Positions 24,143 to 36,565 of a stretch of DNA of 45,906 bases are shown here, one piece after another; positions within the stretch are counted from its first letter, which is position 1; every line of letters begins with the position of its first letter. Both the position numbers and the translations under genes were made by a program. The notes beneath the pieces were generated by a model. The model had not been told where the DNA came from and did no database searches. It was given only the letters and a program-made list of their open reading frames with translations. Source of the stretch: Octopus sinensis (Eukaryota); NCBI RefSeq assembly GCF_006345805.1, contig NW_021834805.1, forward strand, positions 1-45,906, given 5' to 3'.

Positions 24143-24279
24143 AGAAAATCGAAGCAACTAGTTTGAATACTATATTTGAGGGGGAAAATAATTATAAATG
24201 AATGAAAGCCAGAGAGAGAATGAAAATAAAATAAATAATAAAAAATACGATAAGATATATGATACGAGGGGGCATATTT

Positions 24280-25220
24280 GATTTTTATTTATTCTTTATT
24301 CCTTATTTCTGCTTACTTATTTACCTTATTTTATTTTATTTATTATATTTTATAAATACCAACAATGTTATCCATATATAGATATCCACATACACATAAT
24401 ATAATCCATGTATGCATATACACGGACATGCATTCACGCATAAACAAATTTTACTTCCCCTTTATTTCTATTTTTTATTCTTATCCTATTTATTCTATAT
24501 TCATTATTTCTGCTACTTTATTTATTTTATTTTATTATATTATATATTTTAATCAGGTGCTTTTACTCTTCTATAATTTAGTTGATTATTATCATTATTA
24601 TTAAACTTCAATATAAATATCAAATAATGTGTGAATGAACTTTTATTGCTGCTCTTATGTATTTATGTACATTGATAAAAAACTTAGAAAGTAACATATA
24701 TACACATGTAAGTTGACTTATAAACCATTGGCATCCATAATTATTGTGTGTATGTATATCTGTATCTGTGTATGTGCGTCTGTGTGTGTGTGTGTGCGTG
24801 CGTATATATAAATATGAGCATAGACATGCACACACACATATACAAACATGAACATAAACTTTATTTCTCTTTCACTTAAATTTTATTTCATTTTATTCAG
24901 TAAATAATGTTCCTCTTACAAAGTATAAATCATTATTCATGATTATTATTATTAGTAATATTGAATTTTAAAATAAATGAATATTTTTAATGCATGCGTG
25001 CACACACACATATACATAGTAAACATAGATATATTTTCTGTGTATATTTGAATATTCCAGTAAATCGCTATGTAGTTCACATATTGTCCTTTTATGCACC
25101 CTGAAAATTTTCACCAAAGGCATTTAAAATGCAAAATTTATTTATATGTATCTATATGTATAAAAGAGAGAGTTAATTCATTTGTTTGTCAACCAAACTG
25201 AAACTAAATGGTTCAGGGGA
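24280..25220 (+). repeat. AT-rich arm homologous, in inverted orientation, to fragments at 4870-5060, 7795-7878, 10653-10790 and 11110-11225
   Basis: For example ctgaaaattttcaccaaaggcatttaaaatg (25101) matches the reverse complement of 4882-4912, and ttttactcttctataatttagttgattattatcattatta (24561) matches the reverse complement of 7820-7862. Confidence 0.75.
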
Positions 25221-25399
25221 AGCTATTATGTTTTATCTATCTATATATATATTAGCTGATGTACCCAGTAATTCCTGGGAAAGCAGGGCTTATCTCTTTG
25301 TTCTGTTCTTAATCCAATAAGTAGCATATGCAAAATGGTATTAAGGAAGGGTAGGAAAATATTAGATTTATAAGCCCAAAAATTCACTCCATAACTGCC

Positions 25400-25555
25400 C
25401 ACGGGCTTATGGCATAGTGGTTAAGAGTGTGCGCAGGCTACTAACCCAAGATTCCAAGTTCAATTCCAGGCAAAATGAGAGTATATCAGCCAAAACATTG
25501 TGTTAACAAGACATGCAAGATGAGGACAAATATCCGTCAAATGTAAATAATGTAT
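25400..25555 (+). mobile_element. Truncated tRNA-derived SINE
   Basis: tggcatagtggttaag (A box) and gttcaattcc (B box), with no acceptor stem. Confidence 0.55.
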
Positions 25556-25772
25556 AGCTGTTTAAATGTTGATAGGTTGAAATTAATTTTACAACCTACA
25601 ATTTGTATTTTTATTAAACAATTATTTTAGAAAAACAAAGAAAATCAACTATGTGAAGATTTTGGGGTAAAAAACAAAATTAACAAAGATGAATAGATCG
25701 TAGTACTTTTCTGTAATGAATGTAAATAATTATTTTACAGGTTTGTAATAGAATTTTAAGCTTTCAACTTAC

Positions 25773-26024
25773 ATTCTACATTGATCCAATGTGTTTTATG
25801 TAATTCTCTTTTACTGCACTTGTTAGAAACATAACAAGTGTAAACCTCATTATTGTGTGTTCGATTGAGTTGAGGAAATGTTAAATTTTGTGAGGTCTTC
25901 TTACTTGGATCCCACCTGTAGCTGTACTTTTCTGGATATCCATTTCTTGCCTTACAATGCAAAATGCCTTTGTCACCTTCAAGAAAGGGTTCATCAGCCT
26001 TGATTTCTACCATATCAGGTGGAT
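25773..26024 (-). CDS. Exon encoding one immunoglobulin-like domain of an IgSF cell-surface protein
   Basis: atttccttttatacag|AT CCA CCT...GTA GAA T|gtaagt; 252 nt, phase 1-1. Protein PPDMVEIKADEPFLEGDKGILHCKARNGYPEKYSYRW...LNRTHNNEVYTCYVSN..HWINVE has the canonical Cys, Trp and YxC residues. Confidence 0.88.
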
Positions 26025-26904
26025 CTGTATAAAAGGAAATCAGATTATTTACGTAATACTTGCATAAAGATATTTTATTTTTTGCTGTTACATTGGCAAT
26101 TAATATTCCAAGTTGCATTGAATATAAAGTGATGCATAAAAATGAGAAAATTTTAAATGAATTCTGTTAGTATTGCAATCTTTTACACTGAAAGAAATGT
26201 CCAATACAAATTTTCAAATCCTAACCAATATATTAGAAAATACACATCTATATAAAAAATACTTGTATCCAAGAATTTCATCAGACTACCATTTAAGTTT
26301 TGAAGATGTTGGCAAAATTTAATTAGCAAGACACAAAGTTTCAGGAAAAGGATGCAGAATAAAAGGCAACATTGAATATAAGTCTACATAAGTTCCACAA
26401 CTACTATCATTAAATAAAATGAAATAAAAATGTGTATGATGAAATATTACATTTTTGTAAATTGGAACTGCTGATAATGATAGAATTGTAATAAAATAAG
26501 GGAAGTTTAATGTCAAACTAAAATACCACAATATAGGTGTTTTTAAAAAAGGAATTTATGAAAATTTGTTGGTGCAGGCTTTTCATAATGTTTTACCTAC
26601 ATTTTGCAAAACTTCATAAATTGCATTACATTATTAATTTCTTTTTTACTTTCCTCAAAACAGATATTTTTTCCATACCTACCAGATCTCAAGAGCACAG
26701 AGTATTTCTTAACTGTGCTGTTATCTAATATCCATTTTAATTCCCAGAGTAAAACCAAGTGGTAAGATTAGCTGTAATGGATCTATAATACTGTACATTT
26801 TGACTATTATACCTGCTCTATTAACAAATGTAAATGGGCTTATTTTTTTCTGACATATGGGTTCTTAATATGTATATATCTTCCTCAAAATAGACATGCA
26901 CTAT

Positions 26905-29465
26905 CATCATAGAGATGATGATAATCATCATTGCTGCCACTGCCACTATCATCTTGTGTCTGCTTTCCATGCTAGCATGGACAATACATTTTAACAAGGT
27001 CCTGCAGGCCAGAGATCCACATCTTGCTTAAAAGTCAGTTTTAGCATGCTTTCTGTATACCTTTCCTAATGCCAACCACTTTACAGAGTTGACTGGGTGC
27101 TATTTTCATAGCATCAAATCTAATGAAGTTCCTTTGTAACTTGCAAGACTGAAGAGCTATTCAACTAATGGGGAAGATAAGAGATAGGGTGGATGCTTTA
27201 AGCAAGGAGTTGAGATGTTAAAGTATCACTGTGGAGGGTGGCAGAAAGATGTGTGGCAATTATTTATTTTGCATCAATGGGTGAGAAGGACTGGAATGGG
27301 ACTCAAGAGGTAAATATGGTGATGACAAGGTAACAGAACATACATGCATGGTAACATGTCCAAGAGATAAATGGAAGAGAGAAGGATACAGGAGAATAAT
27401 GAAGGTTTGCAGATAAGGCTGTAAGAGTGTGAAAGGAGAGTGAGGTGGATATAAAGATGAGGTGAATGAGGTCAGTAGTATATAGAAGATAAATGTAGAG
27501 AAGGGTGAACAAGGGTGGAGGGAACCAGTATGAGTGGGGTGCAATTGAGAATGAGGAATGAAGGCTGATTGAGAATAGTATAGAGGAGAAGAGTGGTGAT
27601 CAGCAGTACAGAGATGGCAATGGTATGGTATATAGAAGCAGGTTCTATATCAGTTTCTTACGAGAGCAGAAAAATGTAGTATATTGGGAAATGATAGATG
27701 GATGTGTGATAGAGTGATGAGGGATAGAACTCAGGTCGCAAGTGGAGGAGACTGAGGGGATAGGATGATGGATATAGAATTAGAGATTGCGAGTGAGATG
27801 TGAGGACAGGATGATAGAAGTGGAGTTGAGGTTGTGAGTGAAGTGAATGTGAAAATTGGAAACCAACAAGGAAAGGAATGTAGTCATGGATGACAAAAAT
27901 GAGGAATGAGTATCAATAGGGAGTGGCAGTGATCCAGAAGTTACAAATGAAGATGAGAGTTTAAGATGGATATTAACAAGGGTGAGGTAGGGATTGTCAA
28001 TTGTTAGAATGAGAAGAATGGAAGTGACTTAGAGGGGGAACTCAGTTGTCTGGATAGATGGGGGAGACTCAGGTGCATAGTGTACATATATATATATTAC
28101 GCTTTGAGAGCCTTAGCCATGATGTGCAATCATAGGAAGGTAAATCATGTTGAGTACTGCATATCACTAATCAACTTGATTTGTCATCTCTTCCATGAGT
28201 GCCAGCATCCTGAAATCAGCCTTAACTACCTCATCCCATGTCTTTCTCTCACACAGGTTTCATCTACTGTGAGTGATCATTAGTTTTATATACAACTGTC
28301 TTCATCCATACATATCACATACCCAAACTAAGGTATACTACATTTAATTCTTGGCCAGTTGTTCCCTCAACACATTTGTATTCCATCAGTTTTGCACACA
28401 AACATTACATATCCAGTGGAGCATGTATGCTTTATTTCTTTTTAGTCTTTTCAGGTACTCCACATTCAAGGCTCATGTCTCACGATCATGGAGCATTTCA
28501 AGTTGAAAAAAGCATCATAAGGTCAGCTTTTCACACTGAGAGAAAAACTTTATGTTTATGACAGAAGTAATAAATCCATGGACTTTCTCTACTCAGATTT
28601 TACATTGGCTACTACACTTTGAGAACAACTTCCACCAATACTGTTTTGATCACCTAGATAACAAAAGCTCTCTATTACATCTAGAAATCTTCCTGGGCTT
28701 TTGAAGGCATCATTTCTTATGTTCACTTAATGTTTATTGCTCCAGCACACCTGCTACATACAATGTCCACTTTGTCAACCTACCCATAATTCCATTGTAT
28801 CTTTTGCACATACACAGTTTGCACTGGATACACTATATCAACTTTCCACCCATTCCTCTTTTTACATATGAAACAAGGTAATTATCCAGATGGACGAAGG
28901 GTCTTGTATGTTTTCTGATTTACTAAGTTTTGAATGTTTACCAAGGTAATGAGGCCCTTTGATTCCATGCTTTGCTTTCACACCTGTAATGTTTTCCCAG
29001 TCTTACTCCAGCTTCAGCCATAAAAAAGAGAACATGAGCAAATAAGAATTCCTGTAGACACCTAATCTTAAACTCCCCTGGAGGTCTTTGATAAATAGAA
29101 AGAGACTAAGCACTGATGGTATCCTACCTACACACTAAAGTCATCACTGTACTCATTGCTATTTCTCATATTGCTGACAATACACCTGTATATGGATTGT
29201 ATGGCTCACATAAGCCATTCTTATACTCCTAGCTTCATCAATAATTACTAGATCCCCAAATGAGTAACCTCTGTCAAAGGCTTTCTCTAGGTCAACAGGT
29301 TCTTCACTTGTTGACTGACCAGGAATATGATATCAGTACTTCTTTTTTCCAGAACAAAACTGAACTGCATCTCATCTAGTTTAACTGTCAATTATCAACA
29401 GAGCCATAACTCTTTTTCTGACTTTAATGAACTAGTCTAGTAATTTGATATCCCTCTAATTACTG
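26905..29465 (-). mobile_element. Old degenerate RTE LINE with a purine-rich 3' spacer
   Basis: Diverged matches to the younger copies: tttccatgctagcatgg tail, gatcacctagataacaaaagct, tgtcaaaggctttctctaggtcaac, aactgcatctcatcta. Confidence 0.75.
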
Positions 29466-29877
29466 ATCTCTTTTCCTAAATAAAATTTAAAGAGCTCCCA
29501 GATATTTAGCCATAAGTCTTTAAATCTTTAAACTGTTTCAACTTCAAAGTTCTGGTCATGCTGGGGCACTATTTATAATGGCATTTGACCATAAGTTTAT
29601 TTCTCCTGTATATTCAACTTGCATGATAAAACTACACAAATTCCAACAATGCAATTAGATACATAGTTCCAGAAGAATAAAACAACGCTCACCTGGTTTG
29701 GAATCACAGGATATTATATATTTTTTTCCTTCACTCAAAAACCTACAGCCAAACCAACCAACATATACAAAAGACTAGAATCTTACAGTTAAAAATTTTT
29801 TTCATATTTGAATTAAAAAAAGAAAATGATAAAAACAGAAGATAAAAATTTTCAAAAGATACTCCATTTATACTCAC

Positions 29878-30135
29878 AATAAATAGTTAAATTCTTTTCA
29901 CGAGACACATTTGCAGCAATATGAATGCCCAGACACTTGACTGTTTGATGAAATTTGGAAGATTTTACATTAATTTCAACTTCTTCTTTACTAGTATTTG
30001 AGTATTTTTCATATTTCAGGGTTACACTTGCTGGTGGATCACCACCTTTCCAACTGCAGCGGAATTTGATTGGAGTATCAACGCATACTTTTCCTCTAGA
30101 AACATTTAGTGTTAAGTCATCTCTTTCTGGAGAAT
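29878..30135 (-). CDS. Exon encoding one immunoglobulin-like (C2/CD80-like) domain, upstream of the 25773-26024 exon
   Basis: gaaattcatag|AT TCT CCA...ATT TAT T|gtgagt; 258 nt, phase 1-1. Protein SPERDDLTLNV..PIKFRCSWKGGDPPASVTL...QTVKCLGIH..NLTIY. Splicing to the next exon gives LTIY-Y-PP. Confidence 0.85.
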
Positions 30136-30309
30136 CTATGAATTTCAGAACATAAAGAGTTAAAAGAAAAACAAACAAAATCAAATTAGTGCACTTAATA
30201 AAAGAACAAAAAAGTAAAGAAAAAACAAACCAGAAGTATATTTTGAAGAAAATGAGCAATTTTTCAAAATTTTAAAAATATGTTTCTAATAATAAAGATT
30301 TGAACGTTG

Positions 30310-31880
30310 GTCACGTTTGTAATAAATCAGGTACAATTTTGAGAGGAGGGGCTATGTCAGTATCAATGACCCAAGATGGGTTCTCTCTTTTACTAGCCTT
30401 GAAGAAATGAAAGTCAAAAAATCAATTTCAATAGAATTTGAACTCAGAATGTAAACAGGCCTAACTAAATAATGCATTGTATTTTGTCCCATCCTCTGCT
30501 GATGCTGCATATTTACCACATTAATTACTTTGGATTTTAGGGCAGTGAGCAGGCAGAACCATTAGCATATCAGGAAAAATGCTTAGTGGCATTTCAAACA
30601 ACTTTATATTCTGAGGTCAAATTTTGCTGAGATGAACTTTGCATTTCATCCTTCCAGGGTCAATAAAATAAGTACCAAGTAGGACACTGGAGTCAACATA
30701 ATCAACTTACTCCAACTCCTAAAATTGCAGGCCTTGTGCCAAAATATGAAACCAATAATTACTTTTGATTTTTGCAAAAAGCCAGCAATTTCGAGGTGAA
30801 GTGTGTTAGCTGATAACATCAACCACCTGACTTTATTTCTTTATTTTATCAACATTGGAAGGACTAAGGGTGAATTTAATCTCACTAGGAAATGAATGCA
30901 AATATTGCAACACATCTTGTTTGACACATCTTGTCTGTCAGATTGATACCATAATAATAATAATAACAATAATGATAATAATCTAAAACTAAAGGCACAA
31001 GGCCTGAAATTTGGTGGGAGGGGACTAAATAATTACATCAACCCCAGTATTTCACTTGTACTTAATTTATCAACCCCAAAAGGATTAAAGGCAAAGTCAA
31101 CCTCTGAGGAATTAACTCAGAAAGTAGGAATGGGTGAAATACTGCTAAACATTTTGCCTGGTGTGCCAATGATTCTGCCAGCTTGCCATCTTGAATAACA
31201 ATAACCCTATTATGGGCTCAAGGAGTGAAATTTTGAGGGAGGTGGGGTTAGCCAATTACAATGACCCTAGTCATCTGTAAAGATGAAAGACAACCTCGTG
31301 CCATTTGAATTCAGAATATAAAGACAAATGAAATGTCGCAAACATTTTGTTTAGCATGCTAATGGTCCTGTCAGTTCCCCACTTTATCAATAATAATAAT
31401 GATTTCAAATTCTGGCTCAAAGTCAGCAATTTTGAGGGTGGGGCATGGTGATTACATCGATCCCAGGGTTCAACTGGCACTTATTTTATCAGCCTCGAAA
31501 GGTTGAAAGGTAAAGTTGACCTCAGCAAAATTTGAACTCAAAACATACAAATGGACGAAATGTTGTTAGGAATTTTGCCTGGTGTGCTTACAATTCTGCT
31601 AGCTTACTGCCACAATAATAATGATGATAATAATATAATGATAATAATAATAATGATAATAATAATAATGATAATAATAATAATGGTGACAGTTAGACAA
31701 TTTTCCAGGAATTAGTCAATATCACCAATATTATATAATTTTATTTTGTTTTATCAACACCAAAAGAGTGAAAGGTACACCTGACCATTGCAAGATTAGA
31801 ACTCAGTACATAAAGTGTTGGAACAAACACCACAAAGCATTTTTCTAATGCTTCAAAGATTCTGCTAATTTGCTACATTA
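30310..31880. mobile_element. Cluster of about 7 degenerate short SINE-like copies (Nin-domain-like core)
   Basis: Repeated tttatcaaccccaaaaggat.aaagg.aaagt..acctc..aatttgaactcagaa separated by (AAT)n. The copy at about 30535-30760 is in the opposite orientation. Confidence 0.7.
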
Positions 31881-32109
31881 ACAACAACAGCAACAATTTC
31901 TTTCATTTGCAAGCTGGGTGATGGATGAGGGAGACAATACACAAAGATGAACATAAAATGTGGTGATTTAGATAGAATTGCATGATAAAAATGTGTAGAA
32001 AACATACACAGTAAAAATACAAAAAAGGTAAAATGTATAGATAGTTGTTGGCAGCACTCTGTCCAGATTTGGTTCATCTGATGCCTCCACAATGCTTAAA
32101 CTTGACATG

Positions 32110-33295
32110 GCTCAGAAGGCCAAGTCAGGAATGGAACAACCTCAGGCATTGACTGCATGGCAGGGTGGGTGTGGGCTTGGCTGGAGTTGTCAGGCCTTGC
32201 ATTGCCTCTTTTGCTTCTTCTTCAGTCTTTCGCCTCAAAAGTGAAATGAATTGCTCTTCGCCAAGGTGGACAGTTGACAATTTCAGTTTCCAGGTATTAA
32301 GGGTGATTGCAGCTTGAAGGAGGGAAGACTTCAGTTGTTCTTTGAATCTGCAGTTTGGGGGTCTTCAATGTCATTTGCCATTGCCAAACTCACTGTAGAG
32401 GATGGGGCTGTTCAGATGATATATGTCTTGACCACTTGAGGCAATGCAACTTGAAGATGGCAACTTCAATGCTTGGCATTTCTGAATGATCGAGGACTTT
32501 GTAGATGATGTGTCAGTCCTGCCATTTGATATTGAGGATCTGTTAAAGCTTAGCTGGTTGGAAATGCTCAAACTTTTTCAAGTCTTTTCAATACAGAGTC
32601 CATGTCTCACATGTGTGGAGCAAGGTGAAGATGACAAGGACATGGAACACCATGAATTTTGTTCAGAGAGGGAGCCTGTGGTTGTTGAATACATGCTTGC
32701 TGTGTCTTCTAAAAGCCAAATGGGTGGATTTGATGCAGTGGTCGATGTCCCTTTTGTATGGTGCAGATTGTGAGAGAGTGCTGCTGAGGTACTGGAAATA
32801 ACTGATGACTTCCAGAGGTGTCCCCTATGTTGACAGTAGCTTCTAGTATTTCTTGTCCAAGAACAGACTACACAAGTCTTTTCATTTTATCCTCATTCAC
32901 TTCCATCCCAAAGCAATGGTAGGTTTCTAAGACAAGAGTCAAACAGTGCTGGAGGTCAACAACAGAGGCGATAGGAGTAGCACTGTCATTTGTGTACTGG
33001 AACTTCTTGATGCTGCTATTTGATGTTCAAGTTTTGGATCTTAGGCGTGCAAGGTTATAGAGTCTGCTATGCAGGTGATAGCGGATATTGACACTGAGAG
33101 AGTTATGTGAGATTTCATTGAACATCACTATCAGGTTGAAGGAGAACAAGGTAAGAGCCAAGATGCAGCCTTCTTTCAGACCTCTGGAGATGGAGAATGA
33201 TTCAGAAAGTGCATTTAGTTTGCAAACATCCTACCATGCCATCATAGAGATGTGAGATCTCACGTTGGTTATCGGTCCAGCAACCTATTTGTTTG
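32110..33295 (-). mobile_element. Old RTE/BovB-type RT remnant
   Basis: The minus strand gives GLKEGCILA..LFSF, FQYTND (degenerate YADD region) and FQYL-S-LS remnants. Confidence 0.6.
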
Positions 33296-34230
33296 TACAC
33301 TGACCACTGAAAATACTCAATAAAATTGATAATATTTCAGGCTTTGCTTGTTATTGACCATTCTGCACATAACAGTTCACTTATTTTCTAAAAATGGATT
33401 GGTGAGAGTCAACTTGGTGGTGTATTGGCAATCCACGTATTATTTCACTGTGATGTCTACATGTCCTTATAAAAAGCAAAGTTTGTTTGTTTCTAGGTTG
33501 ACCACTGAAAACACTAAATAAAATTGGCAACATTTTAGGATTTTTACATCATTTGAATTAATCTAACCATTCTGCAGATAACTGTGCACTTATTTTCTGA
33601 AAACAGAATGAAAAGGGGGCAAGTAGGAGGTGTACTGGCTACTATTTCTAGCAATTCACATACAGTCTATTTCACTATTATGACTGCTGAAAATACTAAA
33701 TAAAATTGATAGTATTTCTGGTTTTGTGTATCAAAGTGGCTGAGTTCCTTTCAAGTGTTGGGCCTCACGGAGGCAATGACCAAGACCTTTGGCATTATGT
33801 CGTGTTTGAGAAGAAGACCCATCAAGCCAAACAAAATCAGTCGCAACAAATACAAGTGTCACACTAATTGGCACCTGTGCCTGAGGCTCATAAACACACC
33901 CCAGTGTCATGCCAGTGGCATGTAAAAGCACCCATTACACACTCAGAGTGGTTGGCATTAGGAAGGGCATCCAGCTGTAGAAAACGATGCCAAATCTGAC
34001 TGGAGTCTGGTACAGCCTTCCAGCATACCAGCCCAGTCAAACCATCCAACCCATGCCAGCACGGCCAATGGATATTAAATGATGATGATGATTCCGCACA
34101 TAACTGTACACTTATTTTCTGAAAATAGATGGGGGTGACTTGGTGGTGTATTGGCTCCTATTTCTAGCAATCTACATACTATTTCACTGTAAAAAAAACA
34201 AAGTTTGTTTTTACACTGACCATTGTAAAC
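33295..34230. repeat. Degenerate tandem repeat of about 190-bp units, with the third unit interrupted by an RTE 3' end
   Basis: gaccactgaaaa.act.aataaaattg occurs at about 33302, 33500 and 33682. attc.gca.ataac.gt.cacttattttct occurs at 33360, 33570 and 34091. Confidence 0.7.
33731..34092 (+). mobile_element. RTE LINE 3' end
   Basis: gttggcattaggaagggcatccagctgtag...ccaacccatgccagc...aatgatgatgatg. Confidence 0.85.
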
Positions 34231-35584
34231 AATAAATATAAAAAGCAAAGTTTGTTTGTTTATGTAGTGAAAAAATACATTTGTTAATATAGATATGTAT
34301 ATACATTAATACCTAATACATTATTCATCATTATCTCATTTGAATTTCGTTTTCATGTATTATCAGTTTTCATGTTACATTTGATAACATCTATAAACAA
34401 GATTTTTTTCCTTGGTAGCAACTGTTATTTCCTATATATTTACCCCTAGAAAGTATTAAAAAATGGCTTATATTCCTTTCAAACTTTGCTTTTGTTACAT
34501 TTATTCAAACCCCAAAGATTCCTCTCAACACAGGGCTATAATGCTCCACCACTACTCCAGCTCACAATTAGAGATGCACAGATTGTCAACCAATAACAGA
34601 CATGCTCAAGTGATAAAGATCAAGCAAATGACAAGCAAATATGTGCTATCAAGCAGATTATATGTTACAACAATATTTCTGCTTCAGCAGCTCAGCAGTG
34701 AATCAGTCTGAAGTATAATGGAAATGAGACAGTTTCAAAACATTGATGACTTGATCACAATAGCAAAGTTTGAAGGTGATGCTACTCATTCCCTTTGATT
34801 TATAGATAGAAGCAAATAAGAAATAACACTAACTGACCAAAGAAAAACAAAATTAATTAACATTTTGTTACAGTGTAATTTGGTCTCATTTTCATCCTAT
34901 TATTATATTTAGTTTTCTTTTTGCATCAATTATATGGTTTATATTCTTCAACCTGTAATTACAAACACAACCGTTTTCATTTTAATGATTTATTAAATAT
35001 TTCAGTTTCATCTGAATTTACGGGCATGTCACATAAACATATGTCCATTATGGACAAATGTTTAATAGTTACCTATATCTATCCTTTTAAATATATTATT
35101 CTAAGAATTTTACAATATGGACTGATAAACTAACATGTTAAAAATATTTCTCATAATTCACATCATTTTCAGGCAACAATCAACTCCAACTTACAATTTT
35201 CTATTAAAAATTTACACACAAACACATACATATGGATCTATATGTATCTATATACATACATGCATATAAATATGTATGTATATGTAGCACTTGTCACTAT
35301 GTCAAAATTATTCTATTGACCTGTGAACTGTTTTCACGAGTGCATAATATATGGATACACGTAATACCTATAAACATTGTGGACCCACGAGCATGTCGCT
35401 ACTAGTAATGCAGGCTTCATGTATGCACTTATGCATACAAGTGTATGTCTATATATATGTGTGTACAATGTGATGCTGGTTATGATTTAGAAATGTATAT
35501 TATCATGATGTACACAGCTACTTCTGTATTGCCAAAGACTAATTGTTGCCTTAATAATAATAATGTCAAAGATTTCCAATTTAC

Positions 35585-35610
35585 CTGAAACCTCCACCAT
35601 AGTTGCATAT
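35585..35610 (-). CDS. Candidate 26-nt microexon of the IgSF gene
   Basis: gttctgtttatcttttgtag|A TAT GCA ACT ATG GTG GAG GTT TCA G|gtaa reads YATMVEVS. Its phase-1 donor joins the 30135 acceptor as GAT (D). Confidence 0.5.
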
Positions 35611-35629
35611 CTACAAAAGATAAACAGAA

Positions 35630-36563
35630 CCGATGGAAATTTTAATTGTAATCTATGTTGCAACCTGTACCTGTACCTGCTTACTCTAGGCTGAAGGACC
35701 CACTATATTCAAGCAAGCAACCGCCAAGATCCTGATTTTGAAAACATCACAACTTCCCTCCCAGGCTTCCTAGATTCACAAGCTCAGAGCTGCCACAATC
35801 AATGTGAGAACAATGAAAGGTATGTCTGGTGAGATTGATGAAATGCTTGAGTGGGGCATGTGGGTGCAAGAGGTTATGATGAAAGTGAGCCTCAACTAGA
35901 CTGCTCACAAACCAAAATGGAAAAGGAAGTTATAGAAGCTCAAGTATCCTTCAAATGGGCAAAGACTTTAGAGATGTTCTTAATGAAACCTTTCGTGAGT
36001 AGGTAGAGATGGAGTCATGCAACATAGAGGACAATTGGGAGTTCTTATGGGACAATCAACAAAATGTGACAGATCAAACCTATGATTGGAGTAAAGTTTC
36101 TTTCTCTCAGACCAAGGTTGACAAAGTGGTGAAACAGTGAGATTGATGGAGTTATAAAAGAGAAGAGACAGGCTTGGAAATAATGGAAGAGTGTGGGTAC
36201 TAAAGAAACATATCAGATAGGTAAAAAAGAAGCAAGGCATCAGGTATATTTGGCTTGGGCAGAAACAGAAAGGGAGAGTTTTGCCAATGTTTTACAGTGT
36301 GAAGATCAGAGATTTGAGGTATTTCAGATTGCTAGACCGTGTGTTAGAGAGAAACAAGATGTTGTGGGGGAGAAGGATGTACCAACAGATAATGGTACGC
36401 TTGCTCTTAGTAATCCTGAAAAGAAAGAGGCATAGAAAAGTTATTATGAAAGATTATTAAATGTGGAGAATGAATGGAAGAAAGAGAGTCTCCATCATGT
36501 GAACCCAACACAGGGACCATCTATCCTAGTTGACAGTAGCATGATACATAAGGCAATTAAAGA
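35630..36563 (+). mobile_element. Degenerate, internally deleted RTE LINE 5' part
   Basis: ATINVRTMKGMSGEIDEML (APE start) and FANVLQCEDQRFEVFQIARPCVREKQDVVGEK, homologous to 22900-23100. Confidence 0.75.
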
Positions 36564-36565
36564 TA

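Noticed and set aside
25096-25218. Functional hammerhead in the right arm
   Set aside because: It is homologous to 4816-4916, but the core is CTGAAAA and the stems are not in register. Kept only as a degenerate homologue.
25400-25470. tRNA gene
   Set aside because: A and B boxes only, with no cloverleaf. It is a SINE head.
26675-26830. Possible extra minus-strand exon
   Set aside because: No open frame links a plausible acceptor and donor, and there are no Ig features.
35236-35405. Tiny non-autonomous Helitron (TC...gtggacccac...CTAG|t)
   Set aside because: The hairpin is short and the 5' end lies in a TA-rich microsatellite, so support is insufficient.
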